A DNA stretch of 41,927 nt from an uncultured Methanosarcinales archaeon (GCA_964419615.1 CAYQPU010000011.1:1-41927), one strand, 5' to 3'. Shown: positions 6,375-16,423, numbered from the stretch's first letter. Program-made: numbers and translations. The notes: a model not told the origin generated them from the letters alone.

Positions 6375-8999
6375 CTATTTATCCTTTAAAGCAGCATGAG
6401 CCGCAGCCAATCTTGCAATTGGAACTCTGTACGGAGAACAACTCACGTAATCAAGACCAATCTTATGACTGAATTCAATGCTTGATGGTTCACCACCATG
6501 TTCTCCACAAATACCAAGCTCAATCTTAGGATTAGTTTTTCTACCCTTTTCAACAGCAATCTGCATAAACTTTCCAACACCTGCTTGATCAAGTGCTTGG
6601 AAAGGATCTCTTGGGTAAATTCCCTTTTCCACATACTCCTTTAGGAACTTACCAGCATCATCCCTTGAAAAACCACATGTCATCTGAGTTAAATCATTAG
6701 TTCCAAAACTAAAAAACTCAGCTTCCTTTGCAATTTCATCTGCAGTAATAGCAGCTCTTGGAATCTCAATCATGGTTCCAATCATAATGTGAAGATCCAT
6801 GTCATGATTTTTCAGTGTCTCATCAATTACTTGCTTTACAACTTGCTTTTGATCAGCTAATTCTTTGACATTTCCAACCAAAGGAATCATAATCTCTGCA
6901 GTAACCTTAGTCTTCTTTTCCTTTGACACTTCACAAGCAGCCTCAACAATAGCTCTTGCCTGTATCTCAGTGATTTCAGGATAAGTTATTCCTAACCTAC
7001 ATCCTCTATGACCAAGCATAGGATTAAACTCATGCAAATCAGAAATTGTAGCTTTAATTTTATCAATGGTCACTCCCATCTCATTTGCAATCAATTTAAT
7101 ATCTTCCTCACTGTGAGGCAAAAATTCATGTAAAGGTGGATCTAATGTTCTTATAACAACTGGTTTATCTTCCATAACCTCAAACAATCCCTTAAAATCA
7201 GCCTTTTGAAATGGAAGTAAATCATCTAAAGCTTTTTCTCTGGCTTCCTTATTATCAGCAAGAATCATCTTTCTAACATGTTTAATTCTCTCACCATCAA
7301 AAAACATATGTTCTGTTCTGCATAATCCAATACCTTCAGCACCAAAACCAATTGCAGCTTTAGCATCTCTTGGAACATCAGCATTAGCTCTCACACCAAT
7401 CTTCCTGAAAGAATCTGCCCACTCCATGATCGATGCAAAACTTCCACCAACTTCTGGATCTTTGACAGGAAGCTGACTCTTAAACAATTCTCCAGTACTT
7501 CCGTCAAGAGTAATATAATCTCCTTGTTTAATGGTTGTGCCACTAACTAGAAATTGTTCTTTGTCATAATCAATAGCAATATCACCACAACCAGCAACAC
7601 AGCATTTACCCATTCCACGTGCAACAACAGCAGCATGACTAGTCATACCACCTCTTGCAGTAAGAATTCCTTTGGCAGCATTCATTCCCTCAATATCCTC
7701 TGGGCTTGTCTCAATCCTAACCAAAACAACATCCTTTCCTTTCTGAGCCCAATCATAAGCAGTATCAGCATCAAAAACAACCTCACCAACAGCAGCACCT
7801 GGACTTGCTGGAAGACCTCTTGCTAAAACCTCATGCTTATTCTTAGCTAATGGATCAATCTGTTTGTGTAATAATTGATCTAATTGATTTGGATCAACCC
7901 TTAACACAGCCTCTTTTTTATCAATCAATCCTTCGTAAACCATATCAACAGCAATCTTTACTGCAGCTTGCGCAGTTCTCTTTCCAGACCTTGTCTGGAG
8001 AATGTAAAGTTTACCTTTTTGTATTGTAAACTCCATATCCTGCATCTCTTTATAGTGCAGCTCAACCTTTTTGTAATTATCAACAAGCTCGTCATATACT
8101 GGTTGATTAATCTTCTTCAACTCTTCAATATCAAGAGGAGTTCGAATTCCAGCAACAACATCTTCTCCCTGAGCATTCATTAAAAACTCTCCATAAAATT
8201 CATTAGTTCCTGTTGATGGATTTCTTGTAAACAAAACACCAGTTCCAGAACTCTCTCCCAGATTGCCATAAACCATAACTTGCACATTAACAGCAGTCCC
8301 TTTTAATCCAGTAATGTTATTAATTCTCCTGTAAGACACAGCTCTCTTATTTGACCAAGAATCAAACACAGCATCAACTGACATCTTTAGCTGCTTAATA
8401 GGATCATCTGGAAACTGTTTGCCAACATTATCAACAATAATCTCTTTGTATTTGTCGACCAATTTCTTTAAATCATCTGCATCAAGTTCTGTATCAAACT
8501 TAACACCTTTAGTTTCTTTGGCATAATCCAAAGCCTCTTCAAACTTATGATGATCAACACCCATCACCACATTACCAAACATCTGGATAAATCTTCTATA
8601 AGAATCCCAGGCAAACCTCTCATTACCCGACTTCTTAGCCAAACTTAAAACAGTCTTATCATTCATACCTAAATTTAGTACAGTATCCATCATCCCCGGC
8701 ATTGAGATTGCGGCTCCTGACCTGACAGACAAAAGTAAAGGATTTTCTTCATCCCCAAACTTTTGACCCATATCTTCTTCTAACTTTTTTATATTCTCTT
8801 CAATTTCTTTTTTCAAACCCTCTGGCCACTTGTTTTCTTTATTAATATAACCACAAGCTTTAGTTGTTAGAGTAAAACCAGGAGGAACAGGAATCCCAAT
8901 ATTTGTCATCTCACTTAAATTAGCACCCTTGCCACCAAGAAGTTCTTTCATCTCTTTTTTTCCATCACCAAAATAATAAACATATTTCATATAATACAC
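6375..8999 (-). CDS. ppdK: Pyruvate, phosphate dikinase
   Basis: LLGGKGANLSEM, PLLLSVRSGA, SMPGMMDTVLNLG, GGMTSHAAVVARG (catalytic His), GIGLCRTEHMF, FFSFGTNDLTQ, GICGEHGG; 874 aa. Confidence 0.98.
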   Translation of the reverse strand: MYYMKYVYYFGDGKKEMKELLGGKGANLSEMTNIGIPVPPGFTLTTKACGYINKENKWPEGLKKEIEENIKKLEEDMGQKFGDEENPLLLSVRSGAAISMPGMMDTVLNLGMNDKTVLSLAKKSGNERFAWDSYRRFIQMFGNVVMGVDHHKFEEALDYAKETKGVKFDTELDADDLKKLVDKYKEIIVDNVGKQFPDDPIKQLKMSVDAVFDSWSNKRAVSYRRINNITGLKGTAVNVQVMVYGNLGESSGTGVLFTRNPSTGTNEFYGEFLMNAQGEDVVAGIRTPLDIEELKKINQPVYDELVDNYKKVELHYKEMQDMEFTIQKGKLYILQTRSGKRTAQAAVKIAVDMVYEGLIDKKEAVLRVDPNQLDQLLHKQIDPLAKNKHEVLARGLPASPGAAVGEVVFDADTAYDWAQKGKDVVLVRIETSPEDIEGMNAAKGILTARGGMTSHAAVVARGMGKCCVAGCGDIAIDYDKEQFLVSGTTIKQGDYITLDGSTGELFKSQLPVKDPEVGGSFASIMEWADSFRKIGVRANADVPRDAKAAIGFGAEGIGLCRTEHMFFDGERIKHVRKMILADNKEAREKALDDLLPFQKADFKGLFEVMEDKPVVIRTLDPPLHEFLPHSEEDIKLIANEMGVTIDKIKATISDLHEFNPMLGHRGCRLGITYPEITEIQARAIVEAACEVSKEKKTKVTAEIMIPLVGNVKELADQKQVVKQVIDETLKNHDMDLHIMIGTMIEIPRAAITADEIAKEAEFFSFGTNDLTQMTCGFSRDDAGKFLKEYVEKGIYPRDPFQALDQAGVGKFMQIAVEKGRKTNPKIELGICGEHGGEPSSIEFSHKIGLDYVSCSPYRVPIARLAAAHAALKDK

Positions 9000-9137
9000 C
9001 TCAATATTGTTTTTATAAATACAAGTTTTAGATATGGTTTTATAAATATTGTTAGAAATAAAAACAACTGTTAAATAATCTAGATAAGATAGAGATTATT
9101 TCTAAGGCAGTTTCTAGCGATAATTTATTAAATATCT

Positions 9138-9914
9138 GTGTTTAACTCAAAAACACACATGGTATATCCGAACTTTATTAATAAGCATCTTGAAGAAGCA
9201 TTAATCAAACCTGATCACACAGGTGAGCAAAAAAGAAAATTCAAAAACAAAATTCCTGAAAAATGCATAATAACTTATCAAGAAGAGGTTTTCAATTTTA
9301 TTTACAAAAAACATCGTCACAAAGCAAAAAAACTTAGTGCAGAAACATTATGGGGATGCAAAGCATATTACACAGAAAAATTTGTTTTTGTATTGATGAA
9401 TGGGGTAGGAGCACCGCATGCAACAATTGTATTTGAAGAACTCATTGAACTTGGAATTAAAGAATTTTTAAACATTGGAATTGCAGGAGGTCTTGAAAAA
9501 CCCGGATTTTATATTTGTGAAAAAGCAATAAGAGATGAAGGAACAAGCCAGCACTATTTGCCTCATTCAAAATTTTCATATCCTGACAAAGAACTCACAG
9601 AAAAATTAGAGCAGTCGTTTAATAAACTGAATATAAAATATACAAAAGGAATAAACTGGACAATAGACGCTTTTTTTAGGGAGACAAAATCTGAAGTTGA
9701 GGAATACAAAAAACAAGGTGTTCTTACAGTTGAAATGGAGATATCTGCATTGTTTGTTGTGGCAAAAATCAGAAAAGTGAAAATTGCAGCAGCATTCTTC
9801 ACAAGTGATGTGTTTGCAGACAAATGGGAAAGCCTCTATAAAAAAGATCTTAAATTAGTGATCAACAGCTTGGACACACTAGCAAAAGTAGCAGTTGACT
9901 GTTTCAAAGGTTAA
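9138..9914 (+). CDS. Nucleoside phosphorylase (PNP/UDP family 1)
   Basis: GVGAPHATIVFEELIELG, NIGIAGG, AIRDEGTSQHY, WTIDAFFRET, VEMEISAL motifs; start may be ATG 9159. Confidence 0.9.
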   Translation: MFNSKTHMVYPNFINKHLEEALIKPDHTGEQKRKFKNKIPEKCIITYQEEVFNFIYKKHRHKAKKLSAETLWGCKAYYTEKFVFVLMNGVGAPHATIVFEELIELGIKEFLNIGIAGGLEKPGFYICEKAIRDEGTSQHYLPHSKFSYPDKELTEKLEQSFNKLNIKYTKGINWTIDAFFRETKSEVEEYKKQGVLTVEMEISALFVVAKIRKVKIAAAFFTSDVFADKWESLYKKDLKLVINSLDTLAKVAVDCFKG

Positions 9915-10012
9915 TACAATAAATAAAAATATGGATCTTAAGTGTACATTATCCCTTCTTCTTGCTTATAAATTAGCACATTCTTACTTTGCTTAATCAT
10001 GGAGGTGAAAAC

Positions 10013-10507
10013 ATGAAAAAACACTTAATTGGCTTGTTTGCTCTATTTGTATTAGGAATTGTGGCAACAGGCGCAGTATCTGCCTTTGGCGGATTGGGAA
10101 AACAAGTTAACAAAGAAGAAGTCATTGGGGCTTTAGAAGCTGATGACTTTGATGCTTGGAAACAAGCAATGCAAGCAGGTTTGAATGAAGAAAACTTTGA
10201 GCACATGAAAGAGATGCACTCAAACAGAGCTCAAAGAATGGAGCATAGAGAAGAAATCAATGCTGCATTAGAATCAGGAGACTATGAAGCTTGGAAACAA
10301 GTAATAGAAAGTCTTGACAAAGAACCAATAATTGCTGAAAAAATTCTTGATGAAGAAGACTTTGATACATTAGCTGAACTCCACCAAGCAAGGCAAGACA
10401 AAGACTTTGACACTGTCAAAGAGCTTGCAGATGAACTTGGCCTAGAAAAACCCCACAAAGGTTTTAGAAAAGCTAGATTCAGACAAAAAATGAGTGCTGA
10501 AAACTAG
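10013..10507 (+). CDS. Secreted or membrane-anchored helical hypothetical protein
   Basis: SD GGAGGTG before ATG 10013; signal-peptide-like N-terminus; repeated 'ALEADDFDAWKQA / ALESGDYEAWKQV' motif. Confidence 0.7.
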   Translation: MKKHLIGLFALFVLGIVATGAVSAFGGLGKQVNKEEVIGALEADDFDAWKQAMQAGLNEENFEHMKEMHSNRAQRMEHREEINAALESGDYEAWKQVIESLDKEPIIAEKILDEEDFDTLAELHQARQDKDFDTVKELADELGLEKPHKGFRKARFRQKMSAEN

Positions 10508-10515
10508 TTTTTTTG

Positions 10516-10544
10516 GAAGAGGAAACTCTTCTTTTTTATTTTTT
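10516..10544 (+). terminator. Hairpin with GAAA tetraloop plus T-tract
   Basis: GAAGAG-GAAA-CTCTTC followed by TTTTTTATTTTTT just after the 10507 stop. Confidence 0.6.
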
Positions 10545-10576
10545 AAAGTGGACGACACATCCACTTTCTTTATAAA
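10545..10576 (+). promoter_or_regulatory. Palindromic operator AAAGTGGA-N7-TCCACTTT abutting TATA (TTTATAAA 10569-10576)
   Basis: Perfect 8-bp inverted repeat over the BRE position of the 10600-14314 operon. Confidence 0.6.
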
Positions 10577-10599
10577 TACTCACCCTAGGAGGAACAAAT

Positions 10600-10914
10600 A
10601 TGAAAAAACAAAATATGATCTTATTTGGATTGATAATATGCTCTTTAATACTTATAGGATGTCAGGAGACAGAATCTGATTCCACAGAAAATACAGACCA
10701 TGATTGGAAAAACAGCCCTTCTGAGATCAATGACATTAATGAAGAACAAAGACAGAACATGTTAGAGGAAAGAGAACAGATCGCACAACAAGCTTGTGAT
10801 GAGAAAACAAAAGGAGATCTTTGTATTATTGAGAACCCAATGGGTGAAATGCAAGGAACCTGTTCAATTATAAACAATGATTTAACTTGTTTAGGAAAAA
10901 GACCCCAAAGATGA
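10600..10914 (+). CDS. Small lipoprotein-like protein with Cys-containing C-terminal domain
   Basis: MKKQNMILFGLIICSLILIGC (lipobox-like); ACDEKTKGDLC...GTC...LTC. Confidence 0.65.
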   Translation: MKKQNMILFGLIICSLILIGCQETESDSTENTDHDWKNSPSEINDINEEQRQNMLEEREQIAQQACDEKTKGDLCIIENPMGEMQGTCSIINNDLTCLGKRPQR

Positions 10915-11597
10915 AATCAAAACTCTTACACTTGGAAAATGTGTGGAAAATATACCAAATGGGTGAAATAGAAGTCCCTGCATTAAGAGGCGTAAGTCTT
11001 GATGTAAAAAAAGGAGATTTTGTAGCAATAATTGGTGCATCCGGTTCTGGTAAATCAACAATGATGAATTTAATAGGATGTTTAGACATCCCAACAAAAG
11101 GATCAATCTATCTTAAATCAAGAGAAATTAGTTCACTTACAGAATCAGATCTTGCATCATTAAGAGGACATACGATTGGATTTATATTCCAACAATATAA
11201 TCTGATACCCACAATAAGTGCATTTGATAATGTAATGCTGCCTTTAGAATTCTTAGAATATGGTGAAAATCAAGCTTCAAAAAGAACAAGTAAAGTTCTC
11301 AAAATGGTAGAATTAGAAGGAAGAATTCATCACCTTCCAACTCAATTATCTGGCGGGCAGCAACAGAGAGTAGCTATTGCCAGGGCACTAGTTCATGATC
11401 CTGAAATAATTCTTGCTGATGAACCAACAGGTAATCTTGATTCCAAATCTGGAAAAAAAATAATGGAATTTTTAAAGAAATTAAATAAAGATGGAAAAAC
11501 AATTGTCATGGTCACTCACGATCTAAAACTAGCAAATTATGCTAATAGTATAATTGAATTAAAAGATGGAAAAATTATCAAAACAATTGCGAGGTAA
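10911..11597 (+). CDS. ABC transporter ATP-binding protein (MacB/LolD family)
   Basis: Walker A GASGSGKST, signature LSGGQQQRVAIARAL, ILADEPTGNLDS, VTHD; ATG 10911 overlaps the upstream stop (ATGA). Confidence 0.95.
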   Translation: MKSKLLHLENVWKIYQMGEIEVPALRGVSLDVKKGDFVAIIGASGSGKSTMMNLIGCLDIPTKGSIYLKSREISSLTESDLASLRGHTIGFIFQQYNLIPTISAFDNVMLPLEFLEYGENQASKRTSKVLKMVELEGRIHHLPTQLSGGQQQRVAIARALVHDPEIILADEPTGNLDSKSGKKIMEFLKKLNKDGKTIVMVTHDLKLANYANSIIELKDGKIIKTIAR

Positions 11598-11604
11598 AAA
11601 CAAA

Positions 11605-13059
11605 ATGAAAAAAACGAATCTATTCACAATCATAATATTGCTGATTGTGTTAACTATGGCAGGAGTTGAGGCAGCGGTAACTAGTTCAAGCACATCTGGT
11701 ACACTAGATGATTCCTCTGCAATCTCAATAAGTCTCATTAATCAGGATCCAGATCCAGCAATAGCTGGAGATATAGTTGAAGTGAGACTGGGTATAGAAA
11801 ATATTGGTGGAGAAACTGTCAATGACTTAATAATTGAGCTTATCCCAGAATATCCTTTTAGTCTTGTTTCTGGTCAGAATGCTGAAATAAAGGTTGGTAC
11901 TATGAATGCTTACCAAAAGGGAGACAACATGAGAATCATAAAATATGAAGTGCGTGCTGATAGAGAAGCCACAGCTGGAAGCTATGAACTAAAAATAAAA
12001 TATTATGAAGAAGACTCGGTAATTGCAACTCAAAAAAGCTTATCAGTGGATATACAAAGTAGGGAAAGTGCTGAAGTTATTTACATTGACCAAGTAGAAT
12101 TAATTCCAGGTAAAATCACACCCCTAAAATTCACAATTAACAATGTTGGTTCAGCACCGCTAAGAGATTTATCTTTTCAATGGGAAAATGAGGATGATAT
12201 AATCCTACCTGTAGGATCAGACAACACAAAATACATCAAATACATAGAAGTTGGAGGAGACAAAGAACTTAATTTTGAAGTGATTGCAAGTGCTAATGCA
12301 GATCCAGATTTATACAAACTTGACCTTACTCTAACTTATGATGATCCTTTAACTGGAGAAGAAAAAGAAATTAACACAAAAGCAGGAGTGTATGTTGGAG
12401 GAGCAACTGATTTTGATGTTGCTTTCTCAGGTAACTCAGGGGGTGAATCTTCTTTTTCAATATCAAATATTGGAAGTGTTTCAGCAAGTTCTGTAACAGT
12501 AAAAATACCTGATCAAACTGGATGGAGAGTAAGTGGTAGCAATTCAGTGATAATTGGTAATCTAAATGAAGGTGATTATACAATTGCTAGTTTTAATCTG
12601 CAACAATCCAATTTTGGTCATGCAGATACACAAAAGGTTAGGGGGGAAGATGATAAATTTCAACTTCCTCAACAAGAAGATTCAAAAATTGTTTTAGAAG
12701 TAATATACACTGATTCCCGAGGAAATAGAATAACAGTTGAAAAAGAAGTTGAAGTGGATTCATCAGCGTTCATGACAACAAATGAGGATGGATCAAAAAA
12801 TACTCAGATGGTAGGCGCAAGAGGAGACAGAAAAAGTCCATCACAACAATTATGGGACACTGGAAGATGGGTATTGTTAGGAATAATAATACTTGTTACA
12901 TTTGTATTGTCTCACAAAAAATACAAAAAAGAACGATTGAAAGATCCAAACTATACTTCCAAAATGTTGGTAAAAGACATTCTAAGAAAATTCAGGCCAA
13001 AAAAGACAACAAATAACAAATCAAAGTTCAAGGTGAAAAAAATAACATCCAGAAAATAA
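11605..13059 (+). CDS. COG1361 S-layer-domain-like cell-surface protein
   Basis: Signal peptide, NQDPDPAIAGDIVEVR, repeated Ig-like 'INNVGS / SNIGS' units, C-terminal TM helix and basic tail; SD GAGGT before ATG 11605. Confidence 0.8.
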   Translation: MKKTNLFTIIILLIVLTMAGVEAAVTSSSTSGTLDDSSAISISLINQDPDPAIAGDIVEVRLGIENIGGETVNDLIIELIPEYPFSLVSGQNAEIKVGTMNAYQKGDNMRIIKYEVRADREATAGSYELKIKYYEEDSVIATQKSLSVDIQSRESAEVIYIDQVELIPGKITPLKFTINNVGSAPLRDLSFQWENEDDIILPVGSDNTKYIKYIEVGGDKELNFEVIASANADPDLYKLDLTLTYDDPLTGEEKEINTKAGVYVGGATDFDVAFSGNSGGESSFSISNIGSVSASSVTVKIPDQTGWRVSGSNSVIIGNLNEGDYTIASFNLQQSNFGHADTQKVRGEDDKFQLPQQEDSKIVLEVIYTDSRGNRITVEKEVEVDSSAFMTTNEDGSKNTQMVGARGDRKSPSQQLWDTGRWVLLGIIILVTFVLSHKKYKKERLKDPNYTSKMLVKDILRKFRPKKTTNNKSKFKVKKITSRK

Positions 13060-13069
13060 GGTAACATAG

Positions 13070-14314
13070 ATGAAACTTAGTAAAGCACTAAAACATGCCA
13101 TAAATATGGTAATACATGCACAGCTTAGAAGCTGGCTTACCATACTAGGTATTGTGATCGGAGTTGCAGCAGTAATCTCAATAGTGTCACTAGGAGAAGG
13201 ACTCCAAGAAGATATGGATTCACAACTTGGTAACTTAGGTGGAGATATACTAACTCTTTCAGCAGGATATTCCAGTGCTCAAGGATTTGGACCTGGCAGA
13301 GGACATGGGGGAGGAGGAGAATCTTCTACAGCAACAGAAGAGGATGTAGAAATTGATAATACTGATCTTCAAGTCTTAAAGGGGATAAGTGATATAAAAT
13401 TATTAGATACACAAATTAGTGGGAGCGCTGAAATTTACTATGTGGCTGAGAAAGGAACAGTAAGTGTTACCGGTGTTGATCCAGCAACCTGGTCTCAGAT
13501 AACTACATCTGAAATAGCTGAAGGAAGAATGCTTGGACCATCAGATACAAATGTCATTGTAATTGGTGGACGCTTGGCTAATGATTTTTTTGACAAACAA
13601 TTAGGAATAAATCAACTTGTAACAATAGAAGATAAACTATTTAGAATAGTTGGTATATTGGATGACACATCAACTTCAGTTTATATGCCCATCAATAGTG
13701 CTTATGAAGTTTTGGAAGATAAAGAAAAAGGAGTGTATGATTCTATTGTTATACAAATAAAAAATGAAGATGAGCTGGATCTAGCAATTGAAAACATTGA
13801 ACATAAGTTAATGATCTCCAGGCACGTGACAGTTAATACAAAAGATTTTACATTAAGCTCAAACCAGGCATCAAATGAAGCAAGAGCTGAAATGATGAAT
13901 TCAATGACAACATTCTTAACAGCAATTGCAGCTGTAGCCTTACTTGTTGGTGCAGTAGGTATTGCTAACACAATGTTCACGTCTGTTCTTGAAAAAACAA
14001 AAGAAATAGGTATTATGAAAGCCATAGGTGCAAGAAACAAAGATATCTTAACAATATTCTTACTAAATGCAGCTCTAATTGGTCTAATCGGTGGATTATT
14101 AGGTGTGATATTTGGTGTAATCCTATCTGGATTTTTACCCATATTAATGGGATCTTCTGGTGGAATTATGAGCCGATTTGGTTCATCAGTTGTAAGTATG
14201 AAAAGCATAGTGATGGCTATGGGGATCTCTGTCTTTATTGGAATATCATCTGGTGTAATACCTGCTCACCAAGCCTCAAAACTAAAACCTGTGGATGCTC
14301 TAAGGTATGAGTGA
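13070..14314 (+). CDS. ABC transporter permease (MacB/FtsX family)
   Basis: RSWLTILGIVIGVAAVI, GAVGIANTMFTSVLEKTKEIGIMKAIGA, PAHQASKLKPVDALRYE. Confidence 0.95.
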   Translation: MKLSKALKHAINMVIHAQLRSWLTILGIVIGVAAVISIVSLGEGLQEDMDSQLGNLGGDILTLSAGYSSAQGFGPGRGHGGGGESSTATEEDVEIDNTDLQVLKGISDIKLLDTQISGSAEIYYVAEKGTVSVTGVDPATWSQITTSEIAEGRMLGPSDTNVIVIGGRLANDFFDKQLGINQLVTIEDKLFRIVGILDDTSTSVYMPINSAYEVLEDKEKGVYDSIVIQIKNEDELDLAIENIEHKLMISRHVTVNTKDFTLSSNQASNEARAEMMNSMTTFLTAIAAVALLVGAVGIANTMFTSVLEKTKEIGIMKAIGARNKDILTIFLLNAALIGLIGGLLGVIFGVILSGFLPILMGSSGGIMSRFGSSVVSMKSIVMAMGISVFIGISSGVIPAHQASKLKPVDALRYE

Positions 14315-14421
14315 TCTGTTAGGTAATACTTAAAATAGGAGAATACACCTCTTGTTAATTTGGGTAAACTGGTTGAGCAGAATTAGAAACACATATGAAT
14401 AACCTGTAAATTCTTTGCCGT

Positions 14422-14775
14422 ATGAGAATTCCCAAAAAATATGGTCATTCTAGAATAGATTCCTGTCCTTTTTGTGGAAAACAAGCTGTAATCAAGAATA
14501 AACAAGAAGTTCCAGTATGCCAAGCTCACAAAGAATCATTAATAGAGAACTTTCATTGTGTTTGTGGAGAATGGTTAGATGTAGTATCTGGCAAATGGGG
14601 GCCTTATTTTAAGTGCTTACATTGTGGCAATATCAACTTTAGAAAAGGACTTGAGATGAATGAGGGTTTTAATGACAAAAAGCCGGAAACTAAGTCTACA
14701 GAGCCCCAAACACCCCAAAAAGACAAAAAACCAGTCACAGTAAGATCTGATGAAGTGGATTTCTTAGATTGGTAA
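14422..14775 (+). CDS. Zinc-finger hypothetical protein
   Basis: CPFC, CQAH, CVC, CLHC motifs; acidic/aromatic tail DEVDFLDW. Confidence 0.65.
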   Translation: MRIPKKYGHSRIDSCPFCGKQAVIKNKQEVPVCQAHKESLIENFHCVCGEWLDVVSGKWGPYFKCLHCGNINFRKGLEMNEGFNDKKPETKSTEPQTPQKDKKPVTVRSDEVDFLDW

Positions 14776-14793
14776 ATAAAACAATTACTCTAC

Positions 14794-14835
14794 TTTAACC
14801 ACTAATAAGTGATAAAAAACCGGAAGATTTATATA
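14794..14835 (+). promoter_or_regulatory. ACT-N4-AGT palindrome plus BRE/TATA of the 14858 gene
   Basis: TTTAACCACT-aata-AGTGATAAAA, then AAGA-TTTATATA (14828-14835); 17-nt gap from AGT to TATA. Confidence 0.7.
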
Positions 14836-14857
14836 GTTGTTTTACGCTATAGTATGT

Positions 14858-15289
14858 ATGAGTGCTACAAGTGCTAATACGGGAATAAAGTACCTAATTG
14901 GCAAACGACGTGTAGTTTGGCATTTCTCAGATGGTAATGGATCAAAATATGCTCATGTTGTTCCAATATCTTCATTAGATGAAGAAATACAAAAAAAGTT
15001 TGAAGATTGGGATTTTGTTCAAACTGGATATCATACTGTTGAAAAACTTATTCTACTAGCTTTGACAAGGGAAACTGATAATGATAAAGTATTAATTGGA
15101 ATGTATGATTCAAGTTATCTAGGAGCACATCCTACAGATCTTGGACTCATTTTTCAGCATGTAATTCCACTAGATACAGACCATACTCCTACAGGGGAAT
15201 ACCATCGAGTTATCGACCTATTATTAAGAAATGGATGTGCTGCATCATACGAAGAGAGTCACAATAGCAGCTTGGCGCATTGTCCCTAA
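14858..15289 (+). CDS. Hypothetical protein (paralog of 15367 gene)
   Basis: ORF track starts at TTG 14837 inside the promoter; ATG 14858 fits leaderless spacing from the TATA. Confidence 0.55.
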   Translation: MSATSANTGIKYLIGKRRVVWHFSDGNGSKYAHVVPISSLDEEIQKKFEDWDFVQTGYHTVEKLILLALTRETDNDKVLIGMYDSSYLGAHPTDLGLIFQHVIPLDTDHTPTGEYHRVIDLLLRNGCAASYEESHNSSLAHCP

Positions 15290-15366
15290 ACTATATATCT
15301 TTTCTTACTATTTTTAAATAATTAATCATAGCAAAATTTATATATTATTTTAATTCTTTTAAATTA

Positions 15367-15753
15367 ATGGCAAAAAACAGTTTACATCTACTAGCTGGTT
15401 GCGAAGATCATGCTTTAGTAACATCTGGATCTACCAAATGGTATGAAAATGAGTGGCATGATATTTCTAATAATCATACAGAAGTTTTTAATGGTTATAG
15501 CAGAGTGATGGTTGGATTCCATGGACGGCAAGATATATACGATGATGATTTAGTATTGTTGGCACTAGTTCCAAAAGATTGCTGTTCTCCAAAGTTATTA
15601 TTTGCAATGTATGGTGCTCAAGATTATAACTGTAGATCAATAAATTTTGGAAGTGTTGCAAAAGGTCTCTTAGCAGATAAAAAAGATTTTATTGATAACT
15701 TACTTGAACAATACATTAAACCACCTAAAGTATCAGAAGATATTGAACACTAA
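15367..15753 (+). CDS. Hypothetical protein (paralog of 14858 gene)
   Basis: 128 aa; own TATA TTTATATA near 15337; shares the LLAL...(G/A)MY motif with the upstream gene. Confidence 0.55.
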   Translation: MAKNSLHLLAGCEDHALVTSGSTKWYENEWHDISNNHTEVFNGYSRVMVGFHGRQDIYDDDLVLLALVPKDCCSPKLLFAMYGAQDYNCRSINFGSVAKGLLADKKDFIDNLLEQYIKPPKVSEDIEH

Positions 15754-15782
15754 AAAATAAAAAAACAAGAAAAAAATAAAAT

Positions 15783-16214
15783 CTAAGCGTTGATTTCTAC
15801 AACCTTTACTTTAAAATTCAATGTCTTGCCTGCTAGCGGATGATTAAGATCTAAAGTAACCTCTTGATCATTAACATCTTTTATTGTTGCTGGCATTTGT
15901 TGTCCATTAGGGAGAGTCATAACCAAAACCATACCTTTTTGAGGTTCTCGGTCAAGTGGCAATTGTGTTCTTGGGATCTTTCTTACAAGCTGTGGATTTG
16001 GATCTCCGTAAGCCAAACTTGGCTCAACTTTAACATCCTTTTCCTCATCTTTTTTCATCCCAACAATTGCTTTGTCCAGACCCTGAATAATCATGCCTGA
16101 ACCAACCCCAAACTCCAAAAGTTGACCATGCTTTTCAGAAGAATCAAACACAGTTCCATCTTCCAATGTACCTGTGTATTCAACTTTGACTTTATCTCCC
16201 TTTTTGACAGCCAT
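15783..16214 (-). CDS. slyD: FKBP-type peptidyl-prolyl isomerase (SlyD-like, short form)
   Basis: VKVEYTGTLEDGTVFDSS, MIIQGLDKAI, AYG, DLNHPLAGKTLNFKVKV. Confidence 0.95.
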   Translation of the reverse strand: MAVKKGDKVKVEYTGTLEDGTVFDSSEKHGQLLEFGVGSGMIIQGLDKAIVGMKKDEEKDVKVEPSLAYGDPNPQLVRKIPRTQLPLDREPQKGMVLVMTLPNGQQMPATIKDVNDQEVTLDLNHPLAGKTLNFKVKVVEINA

Positions 16215-16216
16215 GT

Positions 16217-16423
16217 TTATTCAGCTTTTCGAACATTAACAGCTTTAGGTCCTCTCTCGCCTTCTTCAACATCAAAGACAACAGTATCTCCTTCTGAAAT
16301 AGAGACTCCTTCTGCAAGACCAGTTTGATGTACAAAGTACTCTTGGTCTTCAGCTGCAATAAAGCCAAATCCTTTCATGTTGTTAAAGAACTTAACAGTT
16401 CCTTCCACATTCTCTTTAATCAT
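16217..16423 (-). CDS. cspA: Cold-shock domain protein
   Basis: GTVKFFNNMKGFGFI (RNP1), YFVHQT (RNP2), GERGPKAVNV; SD GGAGG before ATG 16423. Confidence 0.95.
   Translation of the reverse strand: MIKENVEGTVKFFNNMKGFGFIAAEDQEYFVHQTGLAEGVSISEGDTVVFDVEEGERGPKAVNVRKAE

Noticed and set aside
9060-9080. ACT-gtta-AAT near the ppdK promoter as a sixth regulon site
   Set aside because: One core mismatch and a 20-nt gap to the TATA, outside the 16-18 nt seen at the other sites.
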